A DNA stretch of 64,000 nt from Bacteroidia bacterium (GTDB lineage Bacteria; Bacteroidota; Bacteroidia; NS11-12g; UBA955), in assembly GCA_044224315.1 (NCBI GenBank), contig JBGAKR010000002.1, positions 464,464 to 528,463 on the forward strand. Direction: 5' to 3'. How positions within the stretch are numbered: the stretch's first letter is position 1; each line of letters starts with the position of its first letter. The notes beneath the pieces were generated by a model. That model did no database searches. It was not told where the DNA came from and saw only the letters and a program-made list of their open reading frames with translations. Positions 9,740 through 19,059 of the stretch are shown here, piece by piece. The position numbers and the translations under genes were made by a program.

Positions 9740-9880
9740 ATGGCAGAATTGCTGAATATATCCGAGGAAGAAAAAATAAAACGTCGTATGGCACTTACAC
9801 CTACCCAGCGTTTCAGGTTATTTATGCGATTGTACAAATTGGGTAAATTCATGCAGAAAGCCAAACCAAAAGTTAATTGA
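9740..9880 (+). CDS. small ORF (46 aa), possible antitoxin-like partner of the downstream nucleotidyltransferase
   Basis: ATG at 9740. Its TGA (9878-9880) overlaps the ATG (9880) of the next gene. It is basic and helical (MAELLNISEEEKIKRRMALTPTQRFRLF...) and is shorter than any ORF listed in the supplied track. It could instead be 5' UTR. Confidence 0.3.
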   Translation: MAELLNISEEEKIKRRMALTPTQRFRLFMRLYKLGKFMQKAKPKVN

Positions 9881-10359
9881 TGGATATACTCGACGATTCT
9901 ATAATTAAATTGTGGAGATGCTTGCATGAATTTCATGTGAATTATATTATGATTGGTGGCTTCGCGGTAAACATGAACGGGTATCATCGTTTCACAGAAG
10001 ATTTAGACATTTTAATTGAAGATAATTCGGAAAATAGAAAAAATTTCAGACAGGCTTTAAATGCAGCGGAAATAGGCGATTTCGCAATTCTGGAAACCAT
10101 GGAGATCATTCCTGGAATGACCAGCATTTTATTGGACGGTGGGATGGAATTGGACATATTTAATATATTACCCGGTTATGAAAATTTAGCATTTTCGCAA
10201 TTACATTCCGATGCAATCACGCAGGATATTGAAGGTATTCCAGTGTGCTTTTTGCATTATAATCAAATTATCAAAACAAAGAAAATCACCAACCGGCCTA
10301 AAGACAGATTAGATATTGAAGAGCTTACCAAAATATATAATATTAAAGATCAGGAGTGA
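9880..10359 (+). CDS. minimal nucleotidyltransferase-fold protein (MNT/AbiEii-like)
   Basis: IGGFAVNMNGYHRFTEDLDILI fits the hG[GS]-x9-13-DhD pol-beta NTase motif. The C-terminal RPKDRLDIEEL segment is also typical. ATG at 9880 is preferred over the TTG at 9877. Confidence 0.55.
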   Translation: MDILDDSIIKLWRCLHEFHVNYIMIGGFAVNMNGYHRFTEDLDILIEDNSENRKNFRQALNAAEIGDFAILETMEIIPGMTSILLDGGMELDIFNILPGYENLAFSQLHSDAITQDIEGIPVCFLHYNQIIKTKKITNRPKDRLDIEELTKIYNIKDQE

Positions 10360-10853
10360 CTTCTGAAACGATAATTCGCAAAATTTATGCATCAGAAAAT
10401 AATGCAATTGCTGCACTGATTCGTGATGTATTCCATGAATTAAATGCCCCTAAAACGGGCACCGCATATAACGACCCAACGACCGATTATTTGTATGAAA
10501 AATTTAAAACTGAAGGCTCTGTTTTATTCGTTGCAGAAGTGAATGGCGAACTAGCCGGCTGCTGCGGCATCTACCCCACCGAAGGCTTGCCCGAAAACTA
10601 TGCAGAACTGGTGCGTTTTTTTATTTCAAAACAATTCCGTGGAAAAGGAATCGGAAAAGCTTTAATGGAACAATGCACCCAATGGGCACGTAACTTTGGC
10701 TATACCCACTTATATCTCGAAACCATTCCGCAATTTGATACTGCCATCGGAATTTATCAAGCGCAGGGATATCAACTATTAGATGCTCCCTTAGGCAACA
10801 CAGGCCATACCACTTGTAACGTGTGGATGCTAAAAGACATGCAAAAAATGTAA
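10356..10853 (+). CDS. GNAT family N-acetyltransferase
   Basis: Acetyl-CoA motif A, FRGKGIGKALM, within a GNAT-like fold pattern. The GTG start overlaps the upstream stop. Confidence 0.75.
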   Translation: MTSETIIRKIYASENNAIAALIRDVFHELNAPKTGTAYNDPTTDYLYEKFKTEGSVLFVAEVNGELAGCCGIYPTEGLPENYAELVRFFISKQFRGKGIGKALMEQCTQWARNFGYTHLYLETIPQFDTAIGIYQAQGYQLLDAPLGNTGHTTCNVWMLKDMQKM

Positions 10854-10885
10854 GGTATTTCTTTTTTCCCCTATATTCGCCCCAT

Positions 10886-11767
10886 ATGGCAAAACACGCA
10901 TATATTTTTCCAGGCCAGGGAAGCCAGTTTGTTGGCATGGGCAAAGATCTTTACGATAACTATCCTGCCGCGCGCGACCTTTTTGAAAAAGCCAATGAAA
11001 TTTTGGGCTTTCGCATTACAGACCTTATGTTCTCAGGTAACGATGAAGACCTGAAACAAACCCGGGTAACTCAACCCGCCATATTCCTGCACAGCGTAAT
11101 CAGAGCTAAAATGCTCGAAAATTTTAAACCCGATATGGTAGCAGGCCATTCCTTAGGTGAATTCAGTGCACTGGTTGCCAATGGCACCCTCAATTTTGAG
11201 GACGGCTTAAAACTGGTATACCAGCGTGCCCTGGCCATGCAGGAAGCCTGCGAATTGCAACCCTCTACCATGGCTGCAGTTTTGGCCCTTGATGACGAAA
11301 AAGTGGAAGAAATCTGTGCTTCAATTGATGGCGTGGTTGTGCCTGCAAACTATAATTGCCCGGGTCAGCTGGTCATTTCGGGAAGCATTGAAGCAGTAAA
11401 TGAAGCCTGTGAAAAACTCAAAGCCGCAGGTGCCAAACGCGCCCTGGTATTGCCTGTAGGGGGTGCTTTTCACTCACCCTTAATGGAACCTGCACGTGAA
11501 AAACTGGCCGCCGCCATTGAAAACACCCAATTTAACGACCCCATTTGCCCGGTTTACCAAAACGTTACCGCCAGCGCAGTTTCCGATAAAAACGAAATTA
11601 AAAAGAACCTGGTAGCGCAGTTAACCGCACCCGTTCGCTGGACCCAAAGTGTAAAAGCCATGTGGGCCGATGGTGGCACACACTATACCGAAGTAGGTCC
11701 CGGAAAAGTACTGCAAGGTTTGGTAAAGAAAATTGCACCCGAAGCCGAGGCAGAAAGTATTGCCTAA
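10886..11767 (+). CDS. fabD: malonyl-CoA:ACP transacylase
   Basis: N-terminus MAKHAYIFPGQGSQFVGMG and active-site GHSLGEFSA. The ORF-track start at 10823 is an upstream extension; the ATG at 10886 matches the family N-terminus. Confidence 0.9.
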   Translation: MAKHAYIFPGQGSQFVGMGKDLYDNYPAARDLFEKANEILGFRITDLMFSGNDEDLKQTRVTQPAIFLHSVIRAKMLENFKPDMVAGHSLGEFSALVANGTLNFEDGLKLVYQRALAMQEACELQPSTMAAVLALDDEKVEEICASIDGVVVPANYNCPGQLVISGSIEAVNEACEKLKAAGAKRALVLPVGGAFHSPLMEPAREKLAAAIENTQFNDPICPVYQNVTASAVSDKNEIKKNLVAQLTAPVRWTQSVKAMWADGGTHYTEVGPGKVLQGLVKKIAPEAEAESIA

Positions 11768-11821
11768 AATATTTATTTAAATCTGTATTTTTTTAAAAAT
11801 TGCCATAAAAACAAAACAACA

Positions 11822-13285
11822 ATGAAAAAAACAATTGGTTTTTTTGCTCTGATTACTTTATTATTTTCAGGCGCATTTGCACAAGTAACCACACTGGAAT
11901 CAAGAAAATTTGATGCCGATGATTTTCTCGATCATTCATTATCCCTGGGCCAAAAGGGTATAGTAATGTATGGCTGGGAAGACAATACCAATCTGGCCAT
12001 TAAACAGCTCGATACCAATCTTGAAAACAAAAACACCTGGAAAATTACCACCGAAAAACGCACAACCCTTCACGGTGCAATTTATGCCGAAGATCTGGGT
12101 GTAATTGTGGTAATGATGAAGCAATCGCGCACAGAATATGTAATGCATACCATTGAGGTAGACAGCAAAAAGAAAAAGGCCACTACCCTAAGCGTACCCA
12201 AAGGCACCTGGTTGTCTAATATGGTTTTGAATAAAGACGTAATCTGGTTTGTAGCCTCTACCAAAAAAACCAAATTTTTATTTAAATGCCCCATCAAATC
12301 TCCACGCCTTACCCCCGTAAATTTGCAATTCGGCCATGAAAAAGAATTGATTTCTACCTTGGGTGTAATTGACAATAAAGAGCTTTTCGTGGGTTTTGAT
12401 TACGGACCCAAAAAACACCGCGAATTTGACATTGCAATTTTAAATTCGGATGGTAAAATAAAAATCAAAAGCCTGCTAGGCTCGCTGGAAAGTACCGACA
12501 GGCAATTATTTATAGATGGCAATGTAACAGCCCTCGGCGAAGACGATTATGCCATTACCGGCCTTTATAATAAAAAAGGAAGAGGCATTGGAAACGGCGT
12601 TTATTTTGCCCGTTTTTCGGATGGGAAAACCCGCTATATGAGTAAATTTGACTACAGTGATTTCGAACATTTTTATGATTATTTAAGCGACAAACGCCGC
12701 GAAAAAATTGAGGGTAAAATTGCCAAGAAAAAAGACAAAGGCAAAGAGGTTACCATCAACTCCATGTCTATCATGCACCGGGCTATTCTTACCGAAAATG
12801 GCCTCGTTTTTATTGGCGAATACTATTACCCTACCTATCGCACAGAAACCTACTATGTAAACGGTAAAATGCAAACCCGCACTGTATTTGACGGTTATCA
12901 GTACACACACGGAATGGCAATTGGAATCAGCAATGACGGCACAAAATTGTTCGACCACCACATTCCTATGTTGGTACCCTACAAACCCATGGTTGCGCAG
13001 CGCTTTTTACGTGTAGTTGAAGATTCTGCAGGAATTAAAATTTTGCACACCTCTGGCAGAGCCGTATTCTCCAGTGTAATTGCGAATGGCGATATCGGAA
13101 ACAACGAGTGGGCCGTAATTACCGACATTCCCGATAACCAAAAAGAAAAATGGTCGGCCAGTGTAGGCATCTATTGGTACGAAAATTATTTCTTTATTCT
13201 TGAACAACAAAAAATCAAGGAAAAAGGAAAACTTTTGGCCAAAAAGAAAATCGAAAACTACGCCATTAAAATCAGCGTTGACTAG
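11822..13285 (+). CDS. hypothetical secreted protein
   Basis: 487 aa with a signal peptide (FALITLLFSGAFAQ). No recognised domain. Confidence 0.55.
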   Translation: MKKTIGFFALITLLFSGAFAQVTTLESRKFDADDFLDHSLSLGQKGIVMYGWEDNTNLAIKQLDTNLENKNTWKITTEKRTTLHGAIYAEDLGVIVVMMKQSRTEYVMHTIEVDSKKKKATTLSVPKGTWLSNMVLNKDVIWFVASTKKTKFLFKCPIKSPRLTPVNLQFGHEKELISTLGVIDNKELFVGFDYGPKKHREFDIAILNSDGKIKIKSLLGSLESTDRQLFIDGNVTALGEDDYAITGLYNKKGRGIGNGVYFARFSDGKTRYMSKFDYSDFEHFYDYLSDKRREKIEGKIAKKKDKGKEVTINSMSIMHRAILTENGLVFIGEYYYPTYRTETYYVNGKMQTRTVFDGYQYTHGMAIGISNDGTKLFDHHIPMLVPYKPMVAQRFLRVVEDSAGIKILHTSGRAVFSSVIANGDIGNNEWAVITDIPDNQKEKWSASVGIYWYENYFFILEQQKIKEKGKLLAKKKIENYAIKISVD

Positions 13286-13320
13286 GGAGCGGGGAGCAGA
13301 GTGCAAAGCGCAAAGTGTAA

Positions 13321-13344
13321 TCCGCCTCATTTTCAATGGGCGGA
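13321..13344. repeat. REP-like hairpin TCCGCC-N12-GGCGGA
   Basis: TCCGCCTCATTTTCAATGGGCGGA, a member of a 5-copy hairpin family in this window. Confidence 0.7.
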
Positions 13345-13608
13345 GCAAAGTGCATTGAACAGCCAATGTAGAATGTAAAATGTAAAATGTAAAATGGACA
13401 GCCGCATTTTAATGCTACTTGGTTGCTGCTATATCCCGCCTCAGAAGCAGTCGGGCAAGGCGACAAAGAACAACCAACTCCCTTAAACCTCACCCCGTAA
13501 ACCTAAAACCTTCGGATGGGAGCAGTGGAGACAACAGAGAACAACCAACTTCACTAAACACTAATCCTTAAACATTAAACATTGGCTGTTCATCGGCTGC
13601 TCATTCAC

Positions 13609-13632
13609 TCCGCCACACCATAGGTGGGCGGA
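13609..13632. repeat. REP-like hairpin TCCGCC-N12-GGCGGA
   Basis: TCCGCCACACCATAGGTGGGCGGA. Confidence 0.65.
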
Positions 13633-13670
13633 CACAATTCACAATTCACAATTCACAATTAATTGGCTGT

Positions 13671-16667
13671 TTACCGCAGCAAATTAATGCTTCCCGAAAA
13701 AATCTTTTTCTTACCCGTGCTTTTATTATTTACAAACAATTGATAATAATACGTTCCCTCCGGCAAAGTAGCTCCGGTATTATTTACTTTCCCATTCCAG
13801 CATTGCGATAAATCTTTGGTTTGAAATAATAATTCTCCCCAGCGATTAAATATTTTTAACTCCGCATCCTCACAATCTTTCGACAAGCCTAAAACCCTGT
13901 AACAATCATTCTTTCCATCCTGATTGGGTGTGAAAACATTGGCCACTAAAATTTCAGAAAAACTGTCTTTATTGATGATAATATTTTTGGTAAATGAATC
14001 CTTACAACCTGTATTGGGATTAACTACCCACACCTTTATGGTATAATTTCCCTGATTATAAGTATGCTTAATTTTATCGCCCGTAGCTTTGGTATTATCT
14101 CCCAAATCCCATTGCGGTGAGGCATAATTTTTTCCACTCAAACTCAATTCTACCTGAGCCTGGCAGGGTTTTGTATCAATATTTACTTGTACTTCCGGAC
14201 CAATTAATACACGCACATCCATGCTCATAGAATCTACCACATTGCAACTTCCGGAATCAATTACGCGCAATTTTACTTTGTAAGTTCCGGGTACGGTATA
14301 CTCGTGAAAAGGATTGTAGGCAAAGGATTTGGTACCATCTCCAAAATCCCATTGGAAGCTTTTTCCGGTAGAATTATTCTGATAAAAAAATACAGTATCG
14401 GGTGTACATACTACCAGCGGTTCTGCAGTAAACTTGGCCTCAACCGCATAGGTAATTTTAAAATCCAATTTAAAACTGGCATTGCTGCAGCGATAACTTA
14501 AATTATTTGGAAATGCAGAAGTAGATGTAGTAGGAAAATCATTCAATCCAGGTGGATTATCGGGGCAACTGGCGCATACACTCTGGTAAATAATGCCGCG
14601 CTTATCAAAACGGCTGGTACCTCCATCCACATGGTCTTCGCTTTCATCACCCCCAAAATAACTGGCATATAAAAGCGACTTGGAATCTTTACCTAAAACA
14701 ATTAAATAAAAATCCATTTCATCCGTCGTTTTTTGTTGCGCATTTGCTGTAATTTCCAAACCCTTTGTAGTGCCCTGTGTGCCAATGGGGCTGCCCCATC
14801 CCGAGAAATAAATATTGTAACATTTATCTACCATAAATGCGCAGGGACTCAATTCCGGAATTGATGCCCGGTTGCCAAAAGTGGTCACAAATTCCTGCGA
14901 ATCGAGGTTATTGGTGAGGCGGCAAATAAATTGGGTGGTATTGTCTTTCCCATAGGTACCGGGAGTTCGGGTTATTGTGCCCTCCGTTTGTCCGGTGATG
15001 TAAATTTTATCTTTTATATCAAAATCAATGAAATAGGCTTGCTCATAATTATTGGTTCCCCAAAAAGTTGAGGTTAATAACCTGCCGGAATCGCTGGTCA
15101 TTTTCATAATAAAACCATCCGATTTTCCTCCCAGATAGGTTTTGTGCAAAGCTTTGCCAAATACCGGGAAACCCGAACTGGATGTGCCTCCGCTTACAAA
15201 AATATGCGCCGAGTCATCGAGCTTTATACTGTAACCCGCATCATCGGATGCTCCCCCGGCAAATGTGCTCCAACGCAATTTAGAAAGTGTGCTGTTTAAA
15301 CTTACAATGACGGCCTCCAAAACCCCATTCGAAGCAGGCTGAAATGCCCCATTGGTAGTAGGAAAAGTGCTGCTTCTGGAGCAGGTAGTTAAATATATAT
15401 TTCCATAAACATCACAAATAATATCCCCCCTGAAATCATCGGCATAATTAAAGTGCAATGTGCCGGTATTAATGCCGTCATCCGCAGCACCACCGAGGTA
15501 AGTACCTGCCATGAGTTTTTTTCCGTCGGCCGAAATTTTAACTACATACAAATCATGTTTGCCATTATATCCGGTATCAAACGCAGTGGTTTTTGGAATC
15601 GGGAAATTGGGCGAAAGTGTGGTTCCTAAAATTAATAAATTATTTTTTTCATCTATACCCAAACTATGCGGATACTCATTTGAACTACCCCCCAAATAGC
15701 TGGCATACACCAATCCGCTTCCATCGGGTTTGTATTTGCTGATAGACACATCGCAGGGCAAATAAACCGGCGCCACTGCAGGCCCGCGACCTCCATATAC
15801 GGTTTGAAATGCACCCACGGTTACAGGGTATGTGCCCTGGTCGTTATCCACTATTCCTCCGGCATACAAATGCCCCCCCGTATCATAAGTAGCCGTAAAA
15901 CCAAAATTATCACCCCTCGAACCACTGTAAGTACTGAAAACCAAAACAGGATCAATTATCAAAGGTTTTTTTGCATCGGGTTTTTCTGCCGGAAAATTAA
16001 AATGAAATACATCCGTATTTTCGGCCTTCTCATAATTGCATTTAAGTGTTTTATTCCCCTGAAATGCACGCGGTTTTTGTATTACAAAATCACCCACCGA
16101 AGTAAGTGATTTTATATCCCCATTTTCGAGATTAAATCCATCCTGCCCTGCAAGCTTCATCTGAATGCGATTTACATCGGCACCGGCCTTTAAAACCCAG
16201 TCAAACTCTACTTCCTCGCCCTTGGTATATACCACAAAGTCAATTCCGGGATACACATCCAGTAATCGTACCCTTTGCACGGGGTACAATTCTGTTAACC
16301 ACTTACTGCTATCTGCCCCCAGAAAATAATTCTCATAATAGGGAGCCTCCTCTTCAAAGCGCGGGGAAATACTGCTTGCAGCATTGCAATCCTTAAAACT
16401 TACATCCAACACATGCCCGTGAATTGTAAAACTGGTATCGGAATAGCGGTAGTGAAATGATTTGTGAATATTGGGTAAATCTTTGGGGTCATAAATTTTA
16501 ATTCTAAAACCGTCTTTTCTTAAAAAAAATGCACCTCCTTTAAACAATGTGCGGGCCACCACAGGTTGCTCCCACTGCCCCATATTCGGAGTAAAATACA
16601 AGCCGGTCTGCCCTGCAGAAAATTGTGCTAAAACACAGAAAAATATGACAATACCCAGCCGGCGCAA
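13671..16667 (-). CDS. large secreted protein: beta-propeller-like repeats, two PKD domains and a T9SS type-B (gliding-motility-associated) C-terminal sorting domain
   Basis: 998 aa with a signal peptide. PKD signatures are WDFGDGT...YTVPGTYKVKL and WDLGDNT...YNQGNYTIKV. The C-terminus FTPNQDGKNDCY...IFNRWGELLF...WNGK...PEGTYYYQL is the type-B CTD pattern. Confidence 0.75.
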   Translation of the reverse strand: MRRLGIVIFFCVLAQFSAGQTGLYFTPNMGQWEQPVVARTLFKGGAFFLRKDGFRIKIYDPKDLPNIHKSFHYRYSDTSFTIHGHVLDVSFKDCNAASSISPRFEEEAPYYENYFLGADSSKWLTELYPVQRVRLLDVYPGIDFVVYTKGEEVEFDWVLKAGADVNRIQMKLAGQDGFNLENGDIKSLTSVGDFVIQKPRAFQGNKTLKCNYEKAENTDVFHFNFPAEKPDAKKPLIIDPVLVFSTYSGSRGDNFGFTATYDTGGHLYAGGIVDNDQGTYPVTVGAFQTVYGGRGPAVAPVYLPCDVSISKYKPDGSGLVYASYLGGSSNEYPHSLGIDEKNNLLILGTTLSPNFPIPKTTAFDTGYNGKHDLYVVKISADGKKLMAGTYLGGAADDGINTGTLHFNYADDFRGDIICDVYGNIYLTTCSRSSTFPTTNGAFQPASNGVLEAVIVSLNSTLSKLRWSTFAGGASDDAGYSIKLDDSAHIFVSGGTSSSGFPVFGKALHKTYLGGKSDGFIMKMTSDSGRLLTSTFWGTNNYEQAYFIDFDIKDKIYITGQTEGTITRTPGTYGKDNTTQFICRLTNNLDSQEFVTTFGNRASIPELSPCAFMVDKCYNIYFSGWGSPIGTQGTTKGLEITANAQQKTTDEMDFYLIVLGKDSKSLLYASYFGGDESEDHVDGGTSRFDKRGIIYQSVCASCPDNPPGLNDFPTTSTSAFPNNLSYRCSNASFKLDFKITYAVEAKFTAEPLVVCTPDTVFFYQNNSTGKSFQWDFGDGTKSFAYNPFHEYTVPGTYKVKLRVIDSGSCNVVDSMSMDVRVLIGPEVQVNIDTKPCQAQVELSLSGKNYASPQWDLGDNTKATGDKIKHTYNQGNYTIKVWVVNPNTGCKDSFTKNIIINKDSFSEILVANVFTPNQDGKNDCYRVLGLSKDCEDAELKIFNRWGELLFQTKDLSQCWNGKVNNTGATLPEGTYYYQLFVNNKSTGKKKIFSGSINLLR

Positions 16668-16800
16668 TGTATGCGAATATACCCATTAGACACTGGAAAT
16701 CATGGATTGGTTGTATACACAATGTGAAATAAAAAAAAATAACCCCGGTTGCCCGGGGTTCACCAAATATCAAAATTATAGGATGCGGAAAATCCGCAGC

Positions 16801-17730
16801 TTATTCTACAGTGATGGGGATTTGCAAAGCCTCAGCCAGGGTTTTGGCTATGTCTTCTGCAGGGGTGCTTTTTGCAAATTTGCCGGTAAACACTTTGCCC
16901 GCGTATTTGGCATCGTATTTCAGGGTTTTGCCTAAGCTGTGTTTAATCTGGGTAGCAATTTCTTCCAGACTGGCTGATTTAAACACCCAGTTTTCGTTTT
17001 GCCAGCTCAGGTCGGTAGCATTGGGTTCGGCCATGGTTACAGTTTTGTCTTTCTGATCGAAACGCGCAGCCTGCCCTTTGGTAAGCATTACGGTTTTATC
17101 GGGGTTGCCAAACTGTACTTTACCATGCAATACCTGAATTTTTACATTTTCACCTGCAAAGGCAGAAATGTCAAAACCGGTTCCTACCACACGGGTAGTT
17201 GTTCCGCCTGCAGTTACCAAAAACGGTACTTTATCGTTATGGGCTACTTCAAAACTGGCTTCCCCTTTTAGTTCGATATTGCGGTTGCTGCTGTTAAAAC
17301 CAGCGGCCACGGTAATTTCGGTATTGGCATTCATGGTAATGGTGGTACCATCGGCCAGATGCAGGGTTTTAAACTGTTTATTACCGGTTTTTTCGTGGAT
17401 GGCGGCAACCTCCGCTTCAGGGGCCGATTTGGTAAAGTACCAAAGCGCTGTGCCCGAAACTGCCAGTAATGCGATGGATGCTGCCACAGTCCACACATTA
17501 CGGCGAATCCAACTAACCTGCATAGGCGCAGGGGTATTGAGCCTGGACTGTAAATTAGCCCAGCCTGCATTTGTATTTTCTTCTTCTTTGTAAGAATAAC
17601 TACCTGCCAGGTCCCAAATCTGCTTCATTTCATTGAAGTCAGACTCTGGCTGAAGATTTTTGTCTTCGCCAGACAGCAACCTGCCGTAGTTATTGAATTT
17701 GTTATTCTCTTCCATCTCTTTTTCCTTCAA
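16801..17730 (-). CDS. FecR-family anti-sigma/transmembrane sensor protein
   Basis: 309 aa. N-terminal FNEMKQIWD segment, a single TM helix (VWTVAASIALLAVSGTALWYF), a FecR core (LHLADGTTITMNANTEITV) and a C-terminal DUF4974-like tail. Confidence 0.75.
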   Translation of the reverse strand: MKEKEMEENNKFNNYGRLLSGEDKNLQPESDFNEMKQIWDLAGSYSYKEEENTNAGWANLQSRLNTPAPMQVSWIRRNVWTVAASIALLAVSGTALWYFTKSAPEAEVAAIHEKTGNKQFKTLHLADGTTITMNANTEITVAAGFNSSNRNIELKGEASFEVAHNDKVPFLVTAGGTTTRVVGTGFDISAFAGENVKIQVLHGKVQFGNPDKTVMLTKGQAARFDQKDKTVTMAEPNATDLSWQNENWVFKSASLEEIATQIKHSLGKTLKYDAKYAGKVFTGKFAKSTPAEDIAKTLAEALQIPITVE

Positions 17731-17742
17731 CCTCTTTCCGGC

Positions 17743-17919
17743 TTACCACCTGCTTGCTCCGGTTGTTACCATGGCATCTACACGCTGTTTAATCAGCGCC
17801 AGTGTCATTCTGTACTGCGGATTGTTGCGAAGCCAATCTTCCATGCTGCGCAATTCCTCAGTGCTCATAAGGCCTGCAGCATATTTGGTAAGCAAATTTG
17901 ATTCCAATTGTTCTTTCAT
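17743..17919 (-). CDS. small ORF (58 aa) resembling a stand-alone FecR N-terminal (anti-sigma) segment
   Basis: My own translation: MKEQLESNLLTKYAAGLMSTEELRSMEDWLRNNPQYRMTLALIKQRVDAMVTTGASRW. The LL-KY--G-(L/M)S-EE----E-WL pattern is typical of FecR N-termini. It ends 12 nt before the FecR start. Confidence 0.3.
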   Translation of the reverse strand: MKEQLESNLLTKYAAGLMSTEELRSMEDWLRNNPQYRMTLALIKQRVDAMVTTGASRW

Positions 17920-18000
17920 ACGCGTATTAAGTCATAGATGTGTACAACGGATTTGGAGCTTACCCCCAAAAAAAATTGAAAAAAAAGTAAAAATTTTTAT

Positions 18001-19053
18001 TTACACCGTCTGGGGCACACTCAGCACATTCCTTTTTTCGCGGAAATACTGGTTTTGCTTGTAAATGTTTTCGATGATTTCAACCACTTTCAACCCTTCC
18101 ATGGCATTGGTGGTTGGCATTCCCCCACGCTTAATGGCCTCTATTACGTTGTCGAAAATATAGTTATGGTTGGCTGCACTGCCTTTATACGGGCCATAAT
18201 CGTTGGCCGGATTGGCAGGGGGCAACTCGGGCATGGTGTAATCCTGTATGTGGCAATACTCTACCTCATTCATATACTGACCCCCGATTTTTACCGTACC
18301 TTTTTCTGCTACAATGGTAATGCTGCTCTCAAAATTTACATCCCATACTGCGGTTGAATAATTGAGGCAACCCAGGCCCCCGTTTTTAAAACGGAAATTC
18401 ACCGTTCCCGAATCCTCAAACTCGGTAGAATTCTGGTGCTTAAAGTCGGCAAACGAGGCTTTGATTTCCTGAATATCGCCAAACAACCAGTACATAATAT
18501 CAATAAAGTGCGAAAACTGGGTAAACAAAGTGCCGCCATCCAATTCTTGCGAACCTTTCCAGCCGCCGGCTTTATAATATCGGTCGTCGCGGTTCCAGTA
18601 GCAATTTACCTGCACCATATGGATATTTCCCAAGGTGCCATCGCTTACCACTTTTTTAATCCACTCACTTGGTGGTGAATAGCGGTTTTGCATTACACAA
18701 AATACCATGCGGTGCGCAGCCATGGCCTGGTGTATCACCTTTTCGCAATCTGCTTTTGTAAGGGCCATGGGTTTTTCGATTACCACGTGTTTGCGGGCTT
18801 CCAACCCTTTCATGGCGTGGGTGGCGTGCAATCCATTGGGGGTTGCTACACACAGCACATCAAAATCCGGCATTTCGGCCAGCATGGTATCCAAATCCTG
18901 AAAAAACGGAACATTATACTGCTCTATGCCAAGGCTATCCTTCGCACGCACATCACAAATCGCTACCAACTCAGCTTCGGGATTGCGGCTAACCATCTCT
19001 GCGTGGCGTTTTCCAATGTGGCCTGCCCCTACTACGGCAAATTTTATCTTCAT
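18001..19053 (-). CDS. Gfo/Idh/MocA family NAD(P)-dependent oxidoreductase
   Basis: N-terminal Rossmann segment KFAVVGAGHIGKRH, plus EKPMAL and a C-terminal alpha/beta domain typical of the family. Confidence 0.8.
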   Translation of the reverse strand: MKIKFAVVGAGHIGKRHAEMVSRNPEAELVAICDVRAKDSLGIEQYNVPFFQDLDTMLAEMPDFDVLCVATPNGLHATHAMKGLEARKHVVIEKPMALTKADCEKVIHQAMAAHRMVFCVMQNRYSPPSEWIKKVVSDGTLGNIHMVQVNCYWNRDDRYYKAGGWKGSQELDGGTLFTQFSHFIDIMYWLFGDIQEIKASFADFKHQNSTEFEDSGTVNFRFKNGGLGCLNYSTAVWDVNFESSITIVAEKGTVKIGGQYMNEVEYCHIQDYTMPELPPANPANDYGPYKGSAANHNYIFDNVIEAIKRGGMPTTNAMEGLKVVEIIENIYKQNQYFREKRNVLSVPQTV

Positions 19054-19059
19054 TACTTT

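Noticed and set aside
10823-10885. Upstream start for fabD
   Set aside because: It overlaps the GNAT gene's 3' end. The canonical FabD N-terminus (MAKHAYIFPGQGSQ) starts at 10886.
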